This document shows positions 55,230 through 64,000 of a stretch of DNA of 64,000 nt, piece by piece. The notes below the pieces were generated by a model that saw only the letters and a program-made list of their open reading frames with translations, did no database searches and was not told the origin of the DNA. Within the stretch, counting starts at the first letter, position 1. Every line of letters begins with the position of its first letter. The DNA is from Octopus vulgaris (Eukaryota), in contig OX597817.1 in assembly GCA_951406725.2 (NCBI GenBank), positions 9,982,001 through 10,046,000 of the forward strand, given 5' to 3'. The position numbers and the translations under genes were made by a program.

Positions 55230-56244
55230 GTAAGTGAATAAATACTGCCTCGTGGGCTCGATTCACTGGAAGCTTAATTAATTCTTTTAAATCGTTTAAT
55301 CTGAGAAGAGAAAGAAATATCTATAACTGTTCAGGACCCTATAAATCCCTGAAGTCGAGAATTTAGAGAGTTGTGAAAGCTTGGTATATTTAATTTTCAT
55401 ATCGGTTGCTACGCGATAGAATCTCAAAATCGATTAGCCACCCGCTCGAAAGGGGACATCTGTGTTTCTGGAATGAAAAGATCAGAATAAGTGCTAAATG
55501 CAGGATAAAAAGCTAAACTACTTTACGAACGACCTGGCTATGGCAACTGTGACAAGAAGACATGTAAATTTTATCAAATTTCATTTTGCATTGACCGTTG
55601 AAGTGAGGATAAAAGAGGTAAAGAGTGTGTGTATGTATAATGTATAACACATGTAGTAATACCCCACCTCACAGCTGTTGTACTTTACGCAAGTACAATG
55701 AAAAAGAACAGCTTTTAGCAGAAGTTAGTTTTTCTAGTTACTGATTGCTATTATTTAGCCATTTATTAGCTCTAATTAAGCTGATTAATTAAAGACTTCC
55801 AACCATAACCATCAGCATAGTGTATCTAGAACTACGTAATAGAAACTTTTCAAACAAAATTATCCGTATTTGGGGCTATGAAACGTATGCAAATTGTTAT
55901 ATTTTCAGGGATGAATATTTTCAAGGTCTTCGTTCACAAAGGATATCCGGGGTATATTGATATTGTATGTGCGAGGGTAGGGGGAAAGAAGGATCTTTGT
56001 CATGTCATCTGCATGAATGCATCTAGCTAGAGGGGGCAGCGAGAGATTACTGATTATAACAAAGAAGAGTGACAGAAAACCGGCGTATATTGCAGTTGTA
56101 AAGACATTAGTTGAAACAAGCCGACGTATATAACTGATGGAAAGCTTCAGTTTCAATGTATTGGAGTGAGTTAAACACGATTCAAAGGTAATTAATTAAT
56201 GACAATAATAATAACAATGATATTAATCCTTTTGCGACGTCATT

Positions 56245-56885
56245 AGAGCCAAGCTGTATCAGCCCTTGCCTTTCCCCTGGATATTATCAGTGGCGTGAAG
56301 AGGGGAGGCTGGTATGCATGTGCGATTGCTGACCTTCCATAAACAAACTTTCCCGGACTTGTTCCTCGGAGGGTAACTTTTTAGGTGCAATCCCATGGTC
56401 ATTCATGACCAAAGAGGGACTTTACTTTTATTATTCCTTTCCAGTACAGGCACATAGCCTGAAATTTTCGGGGAAAAGCTACTTGATTACATCACTCCCA
56501 GTACTCAACTGGTACTTAGTTTTTCGTCTCCGAAACAATGAAAGTCGACCTCGGCGAAATTTAATCTCAGAACGTAAAACCGGAAGAAATGCTGCGAAGC
56601 ATTTTCTCCGGTGCGGAAACGATTCTGCCACCTCACCGCTTTATAATAATAATATATTATAATAATAATAGCAATCCTTTCTACTATAGGCACAAAGCCT
56701 GAAATTTGAGGGGAGGGGGCTAGTCGATTACATCGATCCCAGTGCGTAACTGATACTTATTTCATCGACCCCGAAAGGATGAAAGACAAAGTCGACCTCG
56801 GTGGAATTCGATCTCAGAACGTGAAGACGGACGAAATTCCGTTAAGCATTTTGTCCGGCGTGCGAACGATTCTACCAGCTGGCAG
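56245..56885. mobile_element. SINE cluster: family C 3' half (+, ~56245-56420) and two family A copies (-, ~56440-56640 and ~56675-56885)
   Basis: Similarity to 57189-57514 and to the family A consensus. Confidence 0.8.
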
Positions 56886-57188
56886 AATAACAACAACAAC
56901 AATATTAATAATAATAATGATAATAATGAAAACTTGATAAAATTGATATTCATATTATTTTTCTTATTATTCAATTATAATGATTGTAATTATATTATCA
57001 ATAAATCTCATTTCCTGGCGATACTCAATATGTTTTCTACGATGGTTTCTTTATACAAGCAAGTTGTTATTGGGTTTATATTTCTCCTGATTAAAGAAAT
57101 GTTTTGAATTGTCTTTCTTCTTTGTTTCAGCAAAGATTGATGTCAGCTAACTCTTAACATTTTTACCTATTTATTAAGGCGATAAGCT

Positions 57189-57514
57189 CAGTGGTTAGGG
57201 CGTCGAGCTTACGATCGTGAGGTTGTGAGCTCGAATCCCGGACCGGGCTGCGTTTTGTATTCTTGAGCAAGACACTTTATTTCACGTTGCTCCAGTTCAC
57301 TCAGCTGTAGAAATGAGCTGCGACGCCACAGGTGTCAAGCTGTATCGGCCCTTGCCTTTCCCTTGGATAACACTGGCGGCGTGGAGAGTGGAGGCCGGTA
57401 TGCATGGGCGACAGCTGGTCTTCCATAAAACAACCTTGCCCAGACTTGTGCCTCAGATGGTAACTCTCTAGGTGCAAACCCATGGTCAGTGTCTGACCGA
57501 AGGGGGTCACCACC
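57189..57514 (+). mobile_element. SINE family C (tRNA-derived) with 13-bp TSD, nested in the head of a family A SINE
   Basis: CAGTGGTTAGGGCGTC..CTCGAATCCC head, TTGAGCAAGACACTT domain; TSD AAGGCGATAAGCT at 57176-57188 and 57515-57527. Confidence 0.92.
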
Positions 57515-57730
57515 AAGGCGATAAGCTGGCAGAATCGTTAGCAGGCCGGACAAAAATGCTTAGCAGCGTTTCATCTGTACCCGCGTCCTGAGTTCAAATT
57601 CTGCCGAGGTTGACTTTGCATTTCATCCTCTCGGAGTCAATAAAATAAGAACCAGCTAAGTACTGGGGACGATGTAACTGACTTGTTTTCTCCCCCGAAA
57701 TTATTGGCCTGGTGCCAAATTTTGAATCCG
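57515..57730 (+). mobile_element. SINE family A (host of the family C insertion)
   Basis: Resumes as GCTGGCAGAATCGTTAGC after the TSD. Confidence 0.88.
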
Positions 57731-57950
57731 ATATTTTGCTCATTCATTACATTTAAGCGGACTGAGATAATATCTGGTGCAGGAACCGATGAAAATAGCA
57801 AAGTTATGTTAGTATTACATTATTCCGTGTGCCATTTCGTTTTTAATTCTGGAGCGCTTGATTAAACGGAGATTCGGTCAGTATTTCTTGTAGGTTGAGA
57901 AAAGACGCAAAATCTCCCCTGTTTACTATACTGTAATTCACTATACTATT

Positions 57951-58141
57951 TTACTCTTTTACTTGTTTCAGTCATTTGACTGCGGCCATGCTGGAGCACC
58001 GCCGGGACTTTTTCTTTGTAAGCCCAGTACTTATTCTATCGGTCTCTTTTGCCGAACCGCTAAGTGACGGGGACATAAACTCACTAGCATCGGTTGTCAA
58101 GCAATGCTAGGGGGACAAACACAGATACACAAGCATACACG

Positions 58142-58182
<41 letters not shown>

Positions 58183-58345
58183 GACGGGCTTCTTTCAGTT
58201 TCCGTCTACCAAATCCACTCACAAGGCTTTGGTCGGCCCGAGGCTATAGTAGAAGACACTTGCCCAAGATGCCACGTAGTGGGACTGAACCCAGAACCAT
58301 GTGGTTACTAAACAAGCTACTTACCACAGAGCCACTCCTGCGCCT
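57951..58345 (-). mobile_element. SINE family B
   Basis: Family B with a small deletion. Confidence 0.9.
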
Positions 58346-58845
58346 ATATTTCGTAAAGGAAAACATTTTAGAAGTAATGGACTTGGTTTAGATTATATAT
58401 TGCTGCATTTATGCCGTGAAGAAAGCATGAAACACCACACAACATAACTTTTTAGTTATCAAACTGCAAAGAAATTAAAATTTAAGATTCTAAAAGAGGA
58501 TTCGATCTACGTTTTGTCAACTAACCAACTTAGACCAGATAAACAATAAAGCTAAAGAGCTTTTTACTTTGTAACTTCATGCAATTTCAGTTAATTGATA
58601 TCTATGTGCCACTTCATTAAGTATTTATTACCGGCCACTTAACTATTTTTGTTTCTCATAAAGAAAGCGTCATTCTGTAATCCTCTTCCGTGACTACAAA
58701 ATTCGATATCAGTATTCCGTAATGTTGTTCAAGCTGCAATAAACCAAAAACCGTCATACAAACTATACTAAACATTAGTAAAACAAGTATTCCTTGTATA
58801 TGTGTGTCTGTACACACACACACGCGCGTGCATATATATATATAT

Positions 58846-59244
58846 AATGGTTGTTCTGTCAACTTAACGGGACAGTAGGGGATTACACCACCGCTGTTTA
58901 GTCCTAGGAAGCATCGACGCCTCCTGATGGCTTTGACACATTTCCTGTGTCCTTATATATTTACGAAGGGGAGACAAATACCCCCAACAGCTAGGCCTGC
59001 ATCTAGAGACACGCATGTTTCAGGGTCCTTGCCCTTCATCGGTCTAGAGTAGCATTATCCTGCTAGCTGCGAATATTTGTCTCGATTTCGTAAATATATA
59101 TATCTAATTTTCAGTGAAGTGTATATATTGCAAATGTATATGTTGTCGAAGCCAACAGGAAGCGTCGATGCTTCCTAGGGCTAAACAGCGGTGGTGTAAC
59201 CCCCTACTGTCATGTTCACGTTAGATTGACAGTATACAACCATT
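58846..59244. mobile_element. ~400-bp foldback element with a hammerhead motif in its loop
   Basis: 58871-58938 is the reverse complement of 59144-59211 (63/68 identical); further matching blocks at the ends and around the loop; (TA)n on the left. Confidence 0.85.
59002..59048 (-). ncRNA. Type-I hammerhead ribozyme motif, U4C core variant
   Basis: ucuaga-CCGAUGA-aggg caagga cccu-GAAA-cau gc gug-UC-ucuaga: stems I (6 bp), II (4 bp) and III (near-palindromic) all pair; GUC triplet. Confidence 0.75.
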
Positions 59245-59529
59245 CTATCGCCCCACCACCGTACACATCTCTATGAGATATTTAGAAATTTAATATTTCT
59301 GATATATATATATATAAATTAAAGAAATGAGTTTTAGAAAAGAGTCGTTAAATGTAGTATCGAAACCTTCTTTCAGGATAAGTCCCTCGCTTAGCTAAAT
59401 GTATTTGAACTCCTAACAAATCACCACCTGTTTTCGTTGCCTTATGCAACCTTTTCAATAGTCGTTGAGTCTGTCCGTTATCCGAGCTGCGTTCTTTTGT
59501 TTGTCTGTGCGCACGTGTGTTGGTTTGTA

Positions 59530-60050
59530 TGAGTGTTGTGTGCATACACATGTATGTATGTATGTATGTATGTATGTATGTATGTATGTATGTATGTATG
59601 TGTGTATGTATGTATGTATGTATGTATATATGTATGTGTGCGTGTATGTGTAAGTGTGTGTGTCTGTGTATGCATGTATGTATGTGTGTGTGCGTATGTA
59701 TATATGTATGCATGTGTGTGTGCACCTCTGTCTCCTTGTCAGTGCATGTCTGAGTGTGATGTATATGCATGGGTTTTTGTGACTGTACTGTGTCTGTATG
59801 TAAGGATGTGCGTCTCTATATGTGTGGATGTGTGTCTCCCTATGTGTCCTTGTGTGAAGTGTGTGTGTGTGTGTGTGATCATGTGTTTCAGTCTTCAGTT
59901 GCGTATGTGTGTATATGTACTTGTCCGTCTGTATGTTTATCTCTTTACATTCATATGCATTTGCCTACATACATATGCATATACATATACGTAAATATAT
60001 ATATATATATAAATATATACACACACACACGCACATACATATATCTATAT
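59530..60050. repeat. Degenerate (TATG)n/(TG)n microsatellite block
   Basis: Seen directly. Confidence 0.9.
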
Positions 60051-60139
60051 AACAGCCCACTAACTATTTTACCTGTGTGTAAATATAAACTATGGGTATG
60101 GGGATATGATTACCTACTACATATATTTCCTATTTAGGA

Positions 60140-60541
60140 CTGGAGATGTTTTATTTATGAGGACGTACTCCTGTGTTTGCCTGAGGGTTGGGTTCTTTGG
60201 AGTGCTTGGATAAAATGCGGATGTCAAGTTGACCCAGGTTACCTCCATATTGGTCCTTGGCATGTTGGTAGACTATGGAGGACTGTTTTTCGTCGTTATA
60301 TTGTCTTAAATCTTCATTTAGTCTATCCGCAATGTTCCTAGATGTCTCCCCTATGTATGTTATGTTCATGCTTTTACAAGCATCTTCTATGCATCTTATG
60401 CTTTAGACTACATTTCTATCTCTACAGTTAATGCCAAGGTTAATCCTACATACCATGCAGTTATCATTGGTGCATATGGTATTCTCAAGCGGGTACGTCC
60501 TACATATTTGTGATCTAATGGAGTTCTCTGGCGTTTCAACA
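60140..60541 (-). mobile_element. Penelope-like element, GIY-YIG endonuclease fragment
   Basis: CTNDNCMVC..NCRDRNVV*SIRC..C..ITYIGETSRNIADRLNE..SSIVYQH (VVY..YIGETxR..R..E). Confidence 0.85.
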
Positions 60542-60564
60542 ATATATATATATATATATATATG

Positions 60565-60770
60565 TGTGTGATCTCTTGTGTACCGTTGGCGATTTTTTTT
60601 TCCTCTGTCTTCCCTTCTCTGGATCTTTCCTTCTCCTATGTTTCCGACGAAGAGCTCCGCTCGAAACGTTAAACCCTCCTTCTTCCCTTCTTTCCTGAGC
60701 GTCCAATAATACCATATTTGTTCCACGTCCTCGCGTTGTGGTGTTTTTTTTTGTGTTTTCTTGTTTGTAT

Positions 60771-60776
<6 letters not shown>
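60565..60776 (+). mobile_element. Solo PLE pseudo-LTR-like element between (TA)n tracts
   Basis: Pyrimidine-rich ~210-bp island carrying a minimal hammerhead. Confidence 0.7.
60640..60674 (+). ncRNA. Minimal type-I hammerhead motif, U4C variant
   Basis: guuu-CCGACGA-a-gagc ucc gcuc-GAAA-cg-UU-aaac; palindromic ACGU in place of stem III. Confidence 0.65.
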
Positions 60777-60809
<33 letters not shown>

Positions 60810-61228
60810 ATATGCATGTATTTGCAATATATACATATATATATATACATACGCAGCGCATCTACACGTGATATACATGTTTGTGTACATATATATGCAT
60901 ACCACACACATGATTACACAATACAATTGTATAGTAATAAAACTATGTACAAAAAGGAGGAATACTAATATCTAGACCATATTCTCCGAATCCGATTTCT
61001 ACTTTATTTAAATATATATACATATGTGTGTGTGTGTGTATACATACATACATACATACATACATATGCACATATATATTTACACACACACACTCACACA
61101 CACACACACGATTTATTTAATAGACTCAGAGATTATTATTGGTCATGTCATAAATGTTCATTAAATGGCAACTATTTTTTTCTCTTAAAAACATCAACTG
61201 CCAGGTTGAGGAATCTCATATCACAGTG

Positions 61229-61418
61229 TACAAGGGGGCCACTGAAAAGTTTCTGGTTTTAAGGGTATTGCGAAAGGCCTGGCTGGAAGCACAACCCATC
61301 GAGTTCTTTTACTACTTAGAAAAACTGAAGGACCGCTGCAAATAGTGTGTGAATTTCAGAGGGGAATATATAGAATAAAATCATAATTTTGTTTACCCAA
61401 AACCAAGAACTTTTCAGA
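61229..61418 (+). mobile_element. Mariner-derived MITE
   Basis: Inverted ends CTGAAAAGTTTCTGGTTTT / AAAACCAAGAACTTTTCAG; internal DRCK*CVNFRGEYIE* matches the mariner transposase C-terminus. Confidence 0.8.
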
Positions 61419-61700
61419 ATTTCTTGAAAATCTGCAATGTTGATTAACATACAAATATAATTATTCAAGGGAATAATACTTAGGGTCAAGAGTCCATAAA
61501 ACATGTATTGCCGTGTTTCTAACCTCAATGGGGTATGTAAAACACATTCGTCTCATTTCTAATATCTGTAAACTTTGGTTGAGGAACTATGGAAAACATT
61601 AATAACTATATAAATTTATTTCAAAATTCGGTTATTATATTTAACTATTTGAATCTAATGACAAATTATTTAATATATTTCTTTATTTTTGTCTTTTCAG

Positions 61701-61769
61701 ATTAAGAGGGATTTTGTAGAGAATTTCAGGATTTTACCCAGAAAATCAGTTTCCTGATATTTTACATCA
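61701..61769 (+). other. Putative 69-nt internal non-coding (5' UTR) exon
   Basis: Strong acceptor TTTCTTTATTTTTGTCTTTTCAG| and donor CA|GTAAGT; stop codons in all three frames. Confidence 0.5.
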
Positions 61770-62847
61770 GTAAGTAAAACAAAATATGTTTAATGCTTTT
61801 TCGTTTTTTTCTTGTTTGTTGATTTTACTTGCTGCTACTTTCAGAAAGTTCGTTGTATTCATCAGCCGTTGTAGTTACTCTAAATATAAAATATTTTAGA
61901 TATGAAAACTATACCGCGTGGTTGAGTTTGGTAGGTGAGTGACTGACAGAATACCTTTGCGAAGGCTAAAGAAGATATGAGCTTCTGTTTCTGGCACTAA
62001 CATTTAAATACAAAAGAAGCTATTTTATAATGGTAAATGTCGGTTTTGCGAACTCAGCAAACATGAATGCCTAAGAACTTTTCTTCACACTCACGACATT
62101 CTGGTTACTTCTGCAAGTGTCTTTTAATGTGTCAGCTGGCGAAATAAATATTCAGTTAAAATAAACTGTATATATGTGTGTGGTTGATTGTTGGTTGTGT
62201 ATGTGTGTGTGTGTATGCATGAGTGTGTGGGTGTGTAAGTGTGTGTGTGTGTGTATGTATGTGTGTTTGTGAGTGAGGGTGACAAGTTATCGTTTCTTTT
62301 ATTTCCAAGGGAAAAGCCTAATTTGTTCATGTTGGAGATCGGCATTTAATCGAATGGCAAAAAATAGTAATGCCAGAGCATACATACGAACATACAAGCA
62401 TTCACATATACATGAATACATATATATACATATGGATACATGTATATCTGTATGTATGAATATATATTTTTTATAACAGATACAACCCATCAAAGACACT
62501 GTCAGAATATGTAGCACATTGCATAAATGTAACAAGTGCAATTATAGACGTATAGGCATTCAAGCATATGGTTACGCACGCGTACATAAAAAAAATATAC
62601 AAATTCGTATATGGAGTAATATCCGACCCAATACTAACGTGTGTGTGTGCACATACATATGGATATGTATGCATGTTAATACACAAATGTACATGCATAA
62701 ATACAAACATCATTACGTCGTTTGTGATGCCTTAAATCCAATGAAAGCACCTGGTTTGTAAACTAAAAAGTTCCCTCCTCTTATATATATATAAAAGGCT
62801 TTTTCACCATTGTCTTTGTTTTTCTGTATATATATATATATATATAC

Positions 62848-63010
62848 ACAGAAAAACAAAGACGAAGACAGGTGTATTAATGTATAAACAACAAACAGGT
62901 GTATTAGTTTCACTTTCGGGATGGTGAAAAAGCCTTTTACGTTTCGAGCCTACGCTCTTCAGCAGAAAGGAACACGGGGAAATACACAGAGAGAGAATTA
63001 AAAAAAAAAC
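62848..63010 (-). mobile_element. PLE pseudo-LTR-like element with a short inverted copy at 62792-62827 across (TA)n
   Basis: Same architecture as 60565-60776; TAAAAGGCTTTTTCACCAT and GTCTTTGTTTTTCTGT occur in inverted orientation. Confidence 0.7.
62933..62970 (-). ncRNA. Minimal type-I hammerhead motif, A6C variant
   Basis: ccuuu-CUGCUGA-a-gagc guag gcuc-GAAA-cg-UA-aaagg; 5-bp stem I, 4-bp stem II, palindromic ACGU. Confidence 0.65.
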
Positions 63011-63021
63011 TTGCAGGTTTA

Positions 63022-63175
63022 ATACACGTGGGTGTGTAGTAAGAAGATTGCTTCTCAACAACGTGGTTCTGTGTTCAGTCTCATAGCGTGGCCCCTTGGG
63101 CAAGTGTTTTCATCTATAGCCTCGAACGACCAAATTCTTGCGAATGGATTTGGTAGAGGCTGAAAGAAATACGTC

Positions 63176-63223
<48 letters not shown>

Positions 63224-63905
63224 GTGTGGTGGGTATGTATGTATGTATGTATGTATGTATGTATGTATGTATGTATGTATGAATACTTTTCTTTTTGTTA
63301 CAGTCATTTGACTGTGGCCATCCATGCTGAAGCACCGTCTTTAATCGAACAAATCGACCTCAGGATTTATTCTTTATAAGTCTATTACTTATTTTATCGG
63401 TGTCTTTTACTGAACCGCTAGCTTACGGATTCGTAAACACACCAACATCGGTTGTCAAGCGATGGCGAGGGGCACAAACACAGCCAAGCAAATGCATACA
63501 TACATATATATATATATATGTATATACGACAGGATTCTTTCTTTCCCGCCTACCAAATCCACTCACAAGACTTTAGTCAGCCCAAGGCTATAGTACAAGA
63601 CACTTGCCCTAGGTGCTACGCAGTCAGACTGAACCCGGAACCATGTGGTTATAGAGCAAGCTTCTTGCCACGCAGCCACTCCTGCGTCTGTATATATGTG
63701 CGTGTGTATCTGTGTCTTGCTCTTTCTTCATCACAGCTTGACAACGGGTGTTGGTGTGTTTACGTCCCCGTAATTAGCGTTTCGGCAAAAGATAGAATAA
63801 GTAGTAAACTTAAATATCTCCTGGGACCGATTTGTTCCACTAAAACCCTTCAAGGCAGTGCTCCAGCATGGCGGCATTCAAATGACTTAAATACGTAACA
63901 GAAAA
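63022..63905. mobile_element. Nested family B SINEs: a minus-strand copy (~63285-63688) inside an older plus-strand copy
   Basis: Plus-strand head at 63022-63180 and plus-strand tail at 63690-63905 flank an inverted copy inserted in the internal microsatellite. Confidence 0.8.
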
Positions 63906-64000
63906 AAATAAAAGAATATGTGTATATACATACATATATGCATACCGAATGAATGCATACATACGCTTATATTCTGCTGATATGTTTTGAATTCCAATGA

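Noticed and set aside
57105-57135. Strong splice-acceptor-like site
   Set aside because: No matching donor or open frame before the SINEs.

Overview
This is AT-rich eukaryotic genomic DNA, not prokaryotic. It is most likely from an octopus (coleoid cephalopod), judged from the recurrent tRNA-derived SINE families and the very high microsatellite density; the taxon is recognised from memory, not from a database search. I find no credible host protein-coding exon, rRNA, true tRNA or CRISPR array. Nearly all ORFs in the supplied track come from microsatellites, SINEs or decayed transposons. The window holds about 30 SINE copies from at least 4 families and LINE fragments (RTE/BovB, CR1, L1-Tx1, Dong/R4). 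It also holds Penelope-like elements (PLEs: one Naiad-like, one GIY-YIG fragment, several solo pseudo-LTRs), three non-autonomous Helitrons, Tc1/mariner remnants and a hAT MITE. The most notable signal is a set of type-I hammerhead ribozyme motifs, mostly in (TA)n-flanked PLE-like elements. One has a canonical core (51071-51121), three have single-base core variants (59002-59048, 60640-60674, 62933-62970), and several are decayed. One sits at the centre of a 400-bp foldback element. A putative + strand Pol II promoter with a non-coding first exon (about 55.0-55.2 kb) and a 69-nt non-coding exon (61701-61769) suggest the 5' end of a gene whose CDS lies beyond the window. A cluster of four CAGATG E-boxes at 23.1-23.2 kb is a candidate enhancer.
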